Of a stretch of DNA of 64,000 nucleotides, positions 50,762 through 63,230 are shown piece by piece. The stretch's first letter is position 1. Each line of letters opens with the position of its first letter. The notes under the pieces were generated by a model that ran no database searches, was not told the origin of the DNA, and worked only from the letters and a program-made list of their open reading frames with translations. The DNA is taken from NCBI RefSeq assembly GCF_006345805.1, contig NC_043004.1, forward strand, positions 105,276,001-105,340,000, read 5' to 3'. The stretch is from Octopus sinensis. Its lineage: Eukaryota. Made by a program: the position numbers and the translations under genes.

Positions 50762-53621
50762 TATGTCTTTGTCAAAGACACATTTTAGTGAGGGTAACAA
50801 GATTGTAATCATCCTCCTCATCATCATCATTGTTTAACATCTGCCTTCCATGCGAGCATGGGTGGGACGGTTTGACAAGAGCCTGCCAGGCAGAAGCCTG
50901 CACCAGACTTCTGTGACTGTTTTGGCAGGATTTTTACAGCTGGATGCCCTTCCTGACACCAACCACTCAACAAAGTTGGCTTTTTAATTACAGTATGATA
51001 TCCATTTTCTTTAGCCAGATGAAATTAAAAAATGTTTAACTTTTAGCTTTCCTTAATTGTTTCCCAAGCACTGCTTTCTGCCATTGTAACTCTCCTAAAA
51101 GTTGTTAAAGGACCAAAGAACAATCATCAAGATCTTGTGTATGTTAATAAACCTTTTCGATATTTTTGATCCTGCATCAAATTGGCACTGTCTGAAATCT
51201 CACTTGCATGATCCTGCATAGAAAGTATGTATGAGAGAGAGAGGGAGCTTAATTTTTGGTAACTAAGTTAAGTGTGAAAATTCATTATCCATCTATATAA
51301 ATTGTGTGACTTGTATGCTTGTGAAATATAGTTAATTTCCTGGCAGTGTGTGTATACATTTCATCGATGTTTCCTTTTTGGATTCAAAAGTCTGTGGTGG
51401 GCGTTTGATCCCCAGTTGACTGATCCTAAATTTACCTCTCTCATCTATGTCTACCACACATAATGTGAGTGTGTATCTTGGTTCAGTTCCCAATGAACTA
51501 CATTTAATAATGAAACACGACCTTATTTTTGTTTTCCAGATATATTTAACAATGTCAAATATGTCAGTGTCAAAATTGGTAAGAATTACACTTTAATCCA
51601 ATCCTTTCAACCCTCTTTTCACATCCCTTGTCTTCTTTCACATGGAAGTGGTGGTGGGTTTACTTTGTGTGTCTATGTTGTCGGTCTTTTCTCTTTCTTC
51701 CCTTTTTTTTTTTGTTGTGTTCCAGCATGATGTGTGTGGGTGCATGGAAGCATATTTATTTGTATATGTAGTGTTGTGCATGTATGTATGTGTTTCTCCA
51801 TGTGTGGGTCGGGGTCTGTGCCTGCATGCAAAATTTTCTAATCAGAAGTGAGAGTGTCCAGTTAAATAACATCAAGCAGGAAGTGTGAGAGCGTGTCACC
51901 TGTTGCAGTGTTCATCTCTAGCAAGCAGCAGTTTTGTTTCTCTGATGCAGGGTCTTTGCAGAGGGAACAGTTGCATCAGTTGACAGCCCCTTTTCATTTT
52001 GTCTTACTCTCTTTGTCTCTCTCTCTCTACTTCATTTAGTTTACTAAACCCTTTCAAAATTTTGATTATAATGGAAATGAAAAGGTTAAAGACAATAACC
52101 CTTTATAATCTATTGTATTTGCACTCCTTTTCCTGTCCCCATATTATGTAACTGAGTCACTCTCTTAGTACGTTAATAAGTGATGAGGAATTGTTTTTTA
52201 AAGGAATACATTCACCTAATGCAATAAATTTCTAAGTAATGCAATGCAGATACTGTGCAGTTGAGCCTTAAAATTCAGTCTTGCATCTGGAATTGTTAAT
52301 TTTATTTCAAATTCTATTATGGGTGACATGAAAAAATACAAATGGAATCTTACTGAAATTCCTTTGTTGTGTCTATATCTTACATTTTTACCAATTTCAT
52401 CCACCTGCATCTGTTGCTAATTGGCTTATACAAATGTCTTTTTATATTGTTGTTCAAAAAAACTGAAGCTGAAAAAGTGCTTAACCCATTTGATGCCAAC
52501 CTGCCTCAGACCAAATCTGATTTTATGACACAATCCTTTTGCTATGTTCCAAACATCACCTTAATAGTAAAACTAGTTATTTTACTAAACCCTCTTCAAA
52601 TTATTTCACATATTTTCAAAATTAAATTGATATATTTAGGTAGTGTATTTCATTACAAATATATTCTTGAAAGAATAAGAAACTTAAGCAGAAGCTAATT
52701 CCAGAGTTAATGTATTGTTTGTTAAATCATTTTTCATACATAATTCAAAATTAAACTTTTTTAATTACATAGTTTACATTCCTGTCAAACATGTTGCAGA
52801 ATTCTGTGTGTAAGAAATATATTGAAAATTACTGAATACTCTTGTATATTAAAGATGTTTTGATAGTGAATTGTTTATATTAAAAAATATTCTTGTTTAT
52901 GGTTTTTAAGCAGTAACTGTACTGATTCTGTGTATGTGTAGTCGTTTCATTTAGTTTAAAGAAAAGAGTATACTGATGATAACTAAATATTTCCATTTCT
53001 TTATTCACTAGTAATGTATCAATAAAATAAGTTTTTAGTCTTCTAAATGATGAAAGTTTAAGCGTGATAATTTTTAATTAACATATTTATTGACAATATG
53101 AATAATCCACAAAAGTGAACACCACTTGATTAAAGAAGATAAATAAGGCAAGTAATGAGTATTTGATTATATTATCCTATGATCTCTTGTGACTGGAAAA
53201 CACACAAAAGACACAGAGATGCAATTGAGAATTGTCCGACTACGGTTGCTGCATTTGGATTCCCATTAACTGCTACTCACCATTCTGTCGGTATCTTCAA
53301 TGGCACTGATGGTTATTCTAACTGTCTTCAATCTAGACAGCTGCAAGGAGAAGAAAAAAGCTACATTCACCATTTGTTGGTGAAGAACTGGAAAATGACC
53401 CCTGATGACATGTGTGACGGTGCTTAACAGAAATACCAGATGCAGATTGGTGTTAGTGTCAGGAAAATCAAATAATGTGGTTTGGGCTTGTAGAACATAT
53501 ATAGCATGCATATTTCTCTAAAAAGCTGACATGCCTGCATTCAGTTCATGCAGATGAATAGATTACTGGATTTCTCAAAAAAAAAACTAATACATACATA
53601 TATATATCATGATAGATTGTT

Positions 53622-53826
53622 AGCTCCTACACGCATTTTTTCTCTCCTTGTTTTTTTCTGTGTATCTTTCTGTCGAAGAGCGTAGGCTCGAAACGTAAAA
53701 GACTTGTTCTATTTCTATTCCTGAGTGGCATACTAATATATTTGTTTGTTTGTACTCCACCTGCCTTCGTCTTTTGTTTATTTTTGTAAACTTTCCCGTT
53801 ATATATATATATATATATATATATAT
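53622..53826 (+). mobile_element. Second copy of the (TA)n-tailed hammerhead element
   Basis: Close match to 14881-15093, including tactccacctgccttcgtcttttgtttatttt...ttcccgtt(at)n. Confidence 0.6.
53665..53702 (+). ncRNA. Minimal hammerhead-like motif, U6 variant
   Basis: TCTTT-CTGTCGA-A-GAGC gtag GCTC-GAAACGTA^-AAAGA. Confidence 0.55.
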
Positions 53827-55358
53827 AGCCAGCCTGCACCAATACACACTTGTGTATGTATTGCATGCACATGATATATATGAAAGATGGGTATTGTGAT
53901 TTATTCAACTGATGCCCACTTGGAAAACAGTTGCTAGAAGACTGTTATTAATATTACTGTTGGTGATGATGAATTGATGTAGAATTTTCTTGAATGTTTT
54001 CATTTAATGTTTGTATTTTACATCTGTTCAATACTAATGTATGGTTATTGTTGTGAATTTGTTTGTTCTTGTTGGAGCAAATGTTTTTTGCATGTGCGTC
54101 ATATGGAATGGAAATAGGAACCATTTCCTCGTGTAGACCAAAAGTAGCAGAGTTTAAGTCTAGACTGAAACAATAGAATCCAAATGCACAACAGGTGATG
54201 CAGTGGCAGTTGGACTTTTATCTACGTTCTTTTTCTTTTCTTTTCTTTTTTGCTGTTTCATTGTATTCCCATGACTCTCTGTCGCCATCCAATTCCATTA
54301 TGATGAATTTGAATTGGAAACTTTAGTCATACTGATTATTCAACCATGGACCAATCCATCCCTGTGGATGTGTTGCAGTTACTCTCTTGGTAGAGCCTGG
54401 TGACCCTGACTCTTGATCTTCTAGAATTCTTTCACTCAGCATCAATGCAAGAAGCACCGTTGACTCAGTTGAGCTCTTCTGCTACCTCTTCACAGTCAGG
54501 CTGCAGTCCAATGACTTTACTATATACAGGTGCTATGACTTGCCAGAGGGCAGCCCATTACTATGCAGAGTTGTCACTCCTTGACATATCTTCAGATACC
54601 TGCATACTCCATCTACATCCTAGATTGTATGAATTCACAGGACTTTTTTTCTCTTTTTTCTTAATCTGGAAGAAAGGCCAGTTCACCTGGTCTTTGCAGA
54701 CCCTCCAAGATAAGTGAGATTGATTGTCTCATAAACAAATCTCTTAAACCATTGCAAGTCAATGGATGCTTAGGTTTACAATTTTACTTTGTTAAAAATG
54801 TACTTTCACCAGAAAAAGAACTTAAATGATAGCAGTTGAAGTAATTGCAAGGGTTTTAATTGCATGCTGTTTTTGTTTAAGGGGTGGGGTATGATGAATG
54901 CTAATGTTTTCTTAATATGTACAGTGGAAGGAGTCAAGATTGGCATGGTGATAGTGGTGGTGGTTTTTGTACGTTCGTTTGTTGAATGATGATAAGTAAT
55001 GTCTAAATTAGAAAGGTTGGTGTGGAGGTGGGGACGTAAAGATAACAAAAACATGATCTGTCTGTGACTTTGTGTGTTTCATCTTTGATTAATCACACCA
55101 AAATAAACTAATCAGTGTTAATGTTGATATATGCTCCAGACTTCAGCTTGCTAAACATATTTAATCATGTTTAGTGTTTGCATGTTTACACACACACACA
55201 CAGAGCTTTATTCCCTTGTTCATATACACATTGTGTATAGTTATCACACAAAGGCAATCACTCATGTGCATACACATGTACATATTCACACTCTTATACT
55301 AGATTTCCTGTGTTCTAAACTATATGCCCTTTCCCCCATATTTAAAAAAAAATTCGTT

Positions 55359-55394
<36 letters not shown>

Positions 55395-56108
55395 CATATA
55401 TATTTAACCTAAACTTGTGTTTATAATCCATCAAACATTTAGGAAACCTACCCACAAAACTAAATTTAATTACAGAGTTTTGTCTGAATTTTGTATTGTA
55501 CTTCTTGCGTACTTGTATATATATATATTTTTGGCTTTTATTGTCTCAAATTTTAGTTGCAAATATTTAAACTCCTAGATGTTCTCCCAACCAATAACCT
55601 ACCCCACTTACTGTGAAGTAGTATAATGTATAAGGTTTTTGTTTTTTCCCTTGTTGCAGTTTACTTAGCTGAAAATAAACCACTCTCAATTCAGGAAGCT
55701 TTGAAGAACCTGGCTCCCTGACCCACTCTTGAATTCCACGTTGCAACCTCACCTTGTGATACTTAATTGCACTGTTACACTCTGCATCCAATTCCTGATT
55801 GGCCATCACACTGGCCATTGCAATTTCTCTTTTGCCTGTTGTTATTCTTGCACATGTTATTTCTGAACTTGTTTGTTCCTGGCCAACATCACATAAACAT
55901 ATTCATCTCACCAAATGTTTACATTCAAATATCATTGTACTAACATTGTCCAGTCAGCCTGGTTTGCTGTTGTGACCCTTTCTACAACACACACACACCA
56001 TCCCACTTGCCAGTCATATGCGCATATATAGCTATCAAAATTCCTGGCACTGATTGAAGGTGTTCACAGTAAAATAAAGCCTGTGCAGAAAAGGTTACAC
56101 AACATTAA

Positions 56109-56329
56109 CCCTTTCAATACCAACCCGGCTGCAGCCACCCTTGGCTCTGTTGTACAAATGCTTTGTTTCATAAGTTCTGAATTAAAATCTTCCACCAAAC
56201 CTTAGTCACAATTTATGTTCCTAACACTAACTTAATGATAACTAAGTTATTTTACTGAATTCTTTGTTATATTTGAAATTAATTGAAAGAAAAACAGAGC
56301 ATCTCGAATTAAATACGGTAATGAAAGGG
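56109..56329. mobile_element. piggyBac-like MITE, same family as 5015-5234
   Basis: TTAA flanks, collinear over about 220 bp. Confidence 0.75.
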
Positions 56330-56639
56330 TTAAAACACAGGAAAGCTTGTTCACAATTTTCGCTAAAGCTGGTTACCACTGACAACAGTACTACCATACT
56401 TACTACTAGTAATGCCACTATTACTACCATCACTGTGTACTACAGTTGTTAATATTGAGCAGGAAAAAATGAATGTAAAGCATTTTGTTTTTAGGAAAGG
56501 AATGAATACCACAACTTCAAATTTTTGTTCAACACAAACATCATTTATCATTTCAGCATTTTGTTATTTATGTAATTTGAACACTTAAACAGCTGTTCTT
56601 TGTGAATACCTTATCAATGACAGTTATAAAAATAATCGT

Positions 56640-57420
56640 TTGTAATACAGGTACAAGGTATGAAATTTTGGAGAAAGGGGTCAATTGAATTAATCAAAAG
56701 ATGAAAAGCAAGTTTAACTGTTGGATTTGAATTCAGGACAAGGAGAGCTGAACAAATAATGATAATAATAATCCTTTTTACTGTTGGCACAAGGGCTGAA
56801 ATTTTGTGGGGCGGAAATAGTCAGTTACATCAACCTCAGGGCTTAACTAGTACTTTATCTACTCTGAAAGGATGAAAGGTAAAGTTGACCTTGACAGCAC
56901 TTGAACTCAAAACATAAAGATTTGGAAGAAATGCGATTAAGTATTTTGTCTGTGCTAATGATTCTTCCTTAATAATAATAATAATAATAATAATCCTTTC
57001 TTCTATAGGCAATTTTGGGAGAACAGGCTAGTGAATTACACAGACCTCAGTGCTCAACTGGTTTCTATTTCAATGATCCTCAAAGGATGAAAGACAAAGC
57101 TGACCTTGGCAGTGGTGTGCTAATGGTTCTGCCTGCTTAATACTTTTATAACAACAACAACAACAATAATAGTAATGATTTCAAAATTAGGCACAAGGCC
57201 AGCAGTTTCGGGGGTGCTCAACTTTTATTTATTTTATTGACCCTGAAAGGATAAAAACAAGTTGACCTTAGTGAAATTTTAGCTGAGTGCTAGAAATGCC
57301 ACTAAGCACTAATGATTCTAACACCTCACTGCCTTAATATTGATAATAATAATCCTTTCTACTAAAGCCACAAGACCTGAAATTTTGGGCCAGAGTTGAT
57401 TACATCGACTCTGGTACTTG
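56640..57420 (-). mobile_element. Cluster of stacked, degenerate SINE family C copies
   Basis: Repeated (taa)n-tcctttctactataggcacaagg...gaaaggatgaaaggcaaagttgacc units. Confidence 0.7.
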
Positions 57421-57423
57421 ACC

Positions 57424-59164
57424 TCTTCACAACCCTCACACAAACCAGATCACTGACAACCCAAAGGAATGCGCAGAACTCATTGCCGAGTGCTATGCAA
57501 ACATATTCACTGTTGAAAGTCAAAATGTACCATCTTCACCATCACTAACAGCAAATTCCATAACAAATATGGAATTTACACCTGCAATGCTGCGACGTCA
57601 CCTTCAAAATAAGCGCAACTATTCCTCCCCTGGTCTCGATGGAGTTACATACCTGCTTCTCAAACGTGGCAGGTACTTCCTTTTACACCAGCTCTCTATT
57701 TTCTTCCAGTACTGTCTCAACAATGGTGCTACTCCGGAGCAGTGGAAAACTGCCAGTGTCATTCCTCTGTTCAAAAAGGGCGACCGCACATCACCTGTCA
57801 ACTATCGCCCAGTCAGTCTCACTAGCTGTATTGCAAAACTGATGGAATCGTGTGTCAGAGAAACACTCTGGAACTTCTGGAGCTCTCACAGTCTCATCCG
57901 ACCCTCACAATATGGATTTGTCCCTAACTCCAACTGCAGTGATCAGCTTGTCAAGTTCCTTGAGGACATTACTCAGATCACTGACAGTGGCTCATGGGTG
58001 GATGTTGTCTACCTTGACTTTGCTAAGGCTTTCAACTCTGTGCCACACAAAAGGCTTATGGTGAAACTCTCTGCAATGGGTGTGAGGGATGACCTTTTTA
58101 ACTGGTTGAAATCCTTCATCCTCAGCCGAAAGGAGGTAGTCACAGTTCTAGGACAGCACTCTACAGCATATGAGATGTCATCGGGTGTACCACAGGGATA
58201 TGTCCTTGGTCCCCTCTTGTTTGTGGCATACATTAATGACATAGATGCCAATTTAAAGAATGCCACAGTATTGAAATATGCAGACGACATCAAGCTGTAC
58301 CTTGAAATCAAGAGGACAGATCCTGATGTCTACAACTCTTTCCTGCAATCAGACCTAGACACAATGCAACAATGGATCACAGACTGGCAACTGAAACTGG
58401 CTGTGGACAAGTGTACCACCATGCATTTTGGGAGAAAAAACCCTGCGTCCACATACTCCCTCCACAACACTGATATCAAGAAATCCTCTTGCGAGCGTGA
58501 CCTAGGCATCACTGTCAGCAGTGATTTGCGTTGGACAAAGCATATCTCTAAAATTGTCAAGAAGGGCGAGGGTGTCTTGGCATCACTCAGCAAGACTTTT
58601 GTTAGCTGCTCTCCAGCCATCTATTTAAAACTGTATACAGCTATGGTACGACCACACTTGGAATTCACATCATCAGTTTGGAACCCCTATCTTGCTCAGA
58701 ACATTGACCTCCTGGAATCTGTCCAGAGACGTGCAACCAAACGCATACCCTCCATCAGACACCTACCATATTCTGAGCGCCTTGTTTCCCTGGGCATGGA
58801 TTCACTGAAGCTCCGGTGTCTGGCGACAGACTTGGTAAACACCCACAAAGTTATCAACCACCTCACCAACCACAACACTGAACACCTTTTTGATCTCCAT
58901 GTGTCTAACACACGTGGACATGCTTACAAAGTCAGAAAACAACACAGCTCCCATGACTTTCGGAAACATTTTTTCACGCTCAGAGTTGCTGAAGCATGGA
59001 ATAAACTGCCTGCGTCAGTTGTTGACTGCCATGACACTGCATCCTTTAAGGCCCTCATGCTTTCCGAAATCCGCCGAAACTACACCTGATTATATATACA
59101 CTTTAGATGAGTTGTAGTGCACCTGAGCACTGTACACAATTATTATTATTATTATTATTATTTA
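57424..59164 (+). mobile_element. 5'-truncated CR1-group LINE with (ATT)n tail, inserted in a SINE
   Basis: RT frame, short 3' UTR and (ATT)n at 59139-59162. The two flanks are the halves of one family-C SINE. ttgacc occurs at both junctions. Confidence 0.9.
57569..59089 (+). CDS. Non-LTR retrotransposon reverse transcriptase (CR1-like ORF2, C-terminal part)
   Basis: 506 aa with SPGLDG, YRPVSLTS, QYGF, YLDFAKAFNSV, SGVPQG and YADD motifs. The frame is also open upstream to about 57425. Confidence 0.93.
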   Translation: MEFTPAMLRRHLQNKRNYSSPGLDGVTYLLLKRGRYFLLHQLSIFFQYCLNNGATPEQWKTASVIPLFKKGDRTSPVNYRPVSLTSCIAKLMESCVRETLWNFWSSHSLIRPSQYGFVPNSNCSDQLVKFLEDITQITDSGSWVDVVYLDFAKAFNSVPHKRLMVKLSAMGVRDDLFNWLKSFILSRKEVVTVLGQHSTAYEMSSGVPQGYVLGPLLFVAYINDIDANLKNATVLKYADDIKLYLEIKRTDPDVYNSFLQSDLDTMQQWITDWQLKLAVDKCTTMHFGRKNPASTYSLHNTDIKKSSCERDLGITVSSDLRWTKHISKIVKKGEGVLASLSKTFVSCSPAIYLKLYTAMVRPHLEFTSSVWNPYLAQNIDLLESVQRRATKRIPSIRHLPYSERLVSLGMDSLKLRCLATDLVNTHKVINHLTNHNTEHLFDLHVSNTRGHAYKVRKQHSSHDFRKHFFTLRVAEAWNKLPASVVDCHDTASFKALMLSEIRRNYT

Positions 59165-59582
59165 TTGACCCTGAAAGGACAAAAGGCAAAGTCAACTGTG
59201 ACAGCACTTGAGCTCAGAATGTAAAGATGGATGAAATGTCACTAAGAGCTTTGTCCAGCATGCTGACAATTTTGCCAGCCCACCACATTCTTAATAATAA
59301 TAATAATAGCAACAACAATAATGATAATTTTTGATGTCCTTTGTATGAGTATTTGCTGGTAAAAGTTTGACATTTTTGAATGTAATGAAAAATTATGAAT
59401 AAAAGAAAAAGAAACATTTGTCTGATATTGTCGAAAGCAATTTGCTGAAAGCTACTGACCTTAGGTTTTTCCATCCAAATACAGTCCCATTTTCTTTATT
59501 TTATGCCAGAGTCTTTTGTGTACCTCATTCTCTGTACATATCTAAGTATCTCACTCATATAAACTTTAAAATCTATTTGAAG

Positions 59583-59702
59583 GTGGAAGGCAATGAGATT
59601 TCGGCAATAGAGAACAAACATCAAGATAATGGCCAGAAGTTGGGAACAGAGAATGGCTTGGGAGAAGATGCTAGTAAACCTCAAGAGAGACATACAAATT
59701 GC
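59583..59702 (+). CDS. RAR: Candidate RAR exon in the helix1-helix3 loop (40 aa, phase 0-0)
   Basis: Purine-rich open 120 nt encoding VEGNEISAIENKHQDNGQKLGTENGLGEDASKPQERHTNC. Strong donor TGC|GTGAGT but weak acceptor (ctatttgaag). No recognisable homology. Confidence 0.55.
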
Positions 59703-62700
59703 GTGAGTTTGATAGTTAAATTTCCTATAACTTGGTAGTGCCACTCTTGTGCAATGATAAGATGTTTTTAGGTAGTTTTATATAATTTGTATTCTGACCA
59801 GATTGGAGTGCTACTGTTGTACTGAAAATGAAAGTGGTATGATTTGACGTCACTTTTTAAGAAGAATAAACAGAACACAATTTCCAATTATTTTTTATTA
59901 ATCAAGAATGAAATGGTTGGATATTATCCATAGTTTCAGTTGGTTACACTTAGGAATGATTGCTTTTGGTAGGACCCTCTGGAGGAGGTGCCTGCGGACT
60001 CTTTCCCCACAACCCTGCCATGAATAGTGGGCAAAGAAAACAGATGGGATGTATGGTCAAGACTTCTATCAGATGCATTTGTGAAGTGGGGGGGGGGGGG
60101 CAGTGAATTGTAAGAAGAATTTTTGCTTATTTTGTGGTGTTTTTTTTAGCATTAAATGGTAATAATTTCATGAGACTCAAGAGTCCTAGGGATGTAATAA
60201 TACAGAGCTGAGATGCTGTTAGAGAATACATTATGTGAATGGTTCCCTATTTTTAGCAGTTAGAATTTGCTTAGTTTCAGAGGAACCCTGATCAAGGGAA
60301 ACTACAATCAGGGGTCTTTCTGTCATGACCACCCTGCTTTTATTCAGACTTAGTGCATCTAGGATGATGCTATTCAATATGTTCTTCCTTCTCTTTGAGA
60401 TGTAATTTGAGGGAGATTTAGCTGCTTCTTATTGCAGATCAAGCAATCAAATATAAGCTTGCAGCTTCCTCAGTTTGAATTACCCCTGTAAACTAACTTT
60501 CATCCTGTTAGCCATGGAGAATTGGCTGGTTGACATGTATAAACTGGGATTTTGAGAAATATACTTGTACTCAACTATAACAAGTTGTAGTTTCTATATC
60601 ATCATCATCATCATTTAATCCTTTTCTTAACAACTCACCTGACATTGCCTCTGGTTGTATGTCACAAGCTTTTTGTTTTAAAGTGCTCTAAATTAAAACC
60701 TTTCTTTAAAATTTTATGTTAATTTATGTTTCAAACACCAACTTAATAATGTCAAAGTTGTTTTATTACCTTCATTATTTTCAAAATAATAGAAATAAAA
60801 GCAGTCTATTTCAGCAGAAACATGGTAACAAAAGGGTTGCTGTCCATATTCTATGTTGGCATGAGCTGGTCAGATCCAATGGCCCCAAGGACTGCACCAT
60901 GACTCCAATGTCTACTTTGCCATGGTTTTTACAGCTGGATGCCTTTTCTAATATTAGCTACTTTACAACATATGCAGCTGCTTTCTAAGAAAGACCTCAC
61001 AACCGGGTGGCACAAAATCAATCACATACGCACCTCAGTCTTTGAGTCATAGATATGTAAGACTACAGAGCCATTGCTCATTAATGCTGGCTGGTCTTGT
61101 GCCACTGCTACTCAGTCATTATCAACTCCTCTTACCACTCACATTTCGTCTACACAACCTTAGGCTGATACATTAATCAGTGTATCTATTCCTTCCCTCT
61201 TCAGGATATCACCCCTCTAGAATTCTCTCTCTCTCATTGACTCGAAACAGTTGAATGTTAATAATATCACCCTCACCAGTTCTGGAGGGCCTGCAAAAGG
61301 GTATGGGCACAACCTCTTCCTTTAGACCAAACTAATGGGGAGAAAAAAGAAAAAAAGGTACTTAAGTGTATATGTACTGGTGTGTAAAGACATTCAGTCT
61401 GTAAATTAGAAAAATTGTGATGCCTAAATCTGAAATTGTTAGAAGCTATTTGTGGACAACAAAAATATTAGTTTTGTATTTTAATTATGAACAAGCATGA
61501 ATAAATTATTTGTTTTTAATTAGTTTGGCAAATAACATTTTCTTGAAGGAATATTTTTAGAAATGACAGTATGGCTGGCCCTCTGTTGGTTATGACGATG
61601 AGTGTCCCAATTGATCTGATTAACTGAACAGCCTGCTCATGAAATTAACATGCAAGTGGCTGAGTACTCCACAGACATTTACCTTTAACATAGTTCTGAG
61701 GGAGATTCAGAGTGACAGTGACAAAGCTGGCCCTTAGAATTACAGGTACAACTCATTTTGGCCAGCTGAGTGGACCGGAGCATCATGAAATAAAGTCTTG
61801 TTCAAAGACACAATGCACCACCAGGGATTGAACTCGTAATCTTATGGTCATGAGTCAAATACCCTATCCACTAATCCACTTGTCTTCAAGAGATATAAAA
61901 AATATAAATGCTATAACAGTGGAACTCAAAGTAGATAAACTACTATTAATAGTTTTATCTTCTCTCATTAAAATGATTTGGTTCATTTCTCTTGAAGTTT
62001 CTAAAAAAAAAAAATCTAAAATTCTTATAATGTAAACAACATACAATTCTCACTGGTATGAATGAAGTTTCTAAAATGAATAGAGAAAATTCCAAGGCTT
62101 GCTTCGGTATAATGGTAGCACTTGTACTTATGTACTCATAAGATATAGGTTCAGGTCCTACAAGCAGCCTTCAATTTTTTTACTGTATAAGGGTTTTGTT
62201 TTAATCTAGTATTCTACATGCTATTATTTATAAACTTTATCTACTTTGAGTATTTCACTTTTGTGTATTTAAAAAAAATGTTTTTAATGTTGGTTGCATG
62301 TTTGAACCTTCAGGAATTATAAATCTTTTCTGTTGAATGTCATTGCTTAGATCTTCGAGAAACTGTTAGATTCCTTCTTTCTTGTTTAGAGCTATTTGTT
62401 TAACTTGCTTTCATTTTTAAAAAAAGGAGGAAATATATTTACAAATTTTATGATGAAAATAGTTTTTTAAAGTCTCATGAAAAGAAAAAAGAAAAAATAC
62501 AATGTTCATAGCTGAAAGACCTATTGAAAAATGGATGGAAGAGTTGTTTAGCATTAGTGTACCCTAATCAAGTAGATCTGTCAATAAAATATTCCAGCTG
62601 TGACCATTCCAATTTTTGTTTACAGGCTGACCTAGAGATATATTTTCCAGTATGTTCATTATTTTAAGATATTAGAATGTGATGTGAGATGGAATTTAGA

Positions 62701-62943
62701 ACTCCATTTGTCAGTTTCCTTGAATCTGTTTTAAACATTCATCCCTTTAGCATCACATAATTCTCTCAAATGTAATGCTTATTTATTCACATTTTAGCTT
62801 TGAGGTTTTGATGAAGTAACTTAATTTTTAGAATAACATAGTAGGGTTGGTTTAAGAGGCTGAATATAAAACAGAATATTTTGACTAGATATGGTTGGTT
62901 TCAATGCTAAAGGGGTAAACTAAATGTCTTTATTGGCATTTAA

Positions 62944-63162
62944 CCCTTTTGATACCAACCTGCATGAGACTGTCCCTGATTCTATGTTACAAACTTCTTA
63001 TTTTAAAATGAGATCTAAATTAAAACCTTCCAGTAAAATCTCATGTTAATTTATGTTCCAAACATCAGCTTAATAATGACAGTTATTTTACCAAATTCTT
63101 CATTATCAAAATTAATTGAAACAAAAGCAGTGTGTTTTAACAGGAACATGGTAACAAAACGG
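62944..63162. mobile_element. piggyBac-like MITE (related subfamily), ending about 70 bp upstream of the LBD exon
   Basis: TTAA flanks. Degenerate relatives at about 2445, 19225, 52490 and 60660. Confidence 0.7.
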
Positions 63163-63230
63163 TTAAAGCATGCAAACCCAACATGCGACTTCTTATTTTA
63201 AAGTGTATGCCTATTCATTTCTCTTTTTAG

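Noticed and set aside
53179-54717. ORFs 53179-53427 and 54400-54717 as extra RAR exons
   Set aside because: No nuclear-receptor similarity and no strong paired splice sites in the required phase. More likely decayed mobile DNA.
55567-55900. Protein-like antisense ORF (MASVMANQELDAECNSAIKYHK...)
   Set aside because: No recognisable domain and no convincing splice partners. A nested gene cannot be supported without a homology search.
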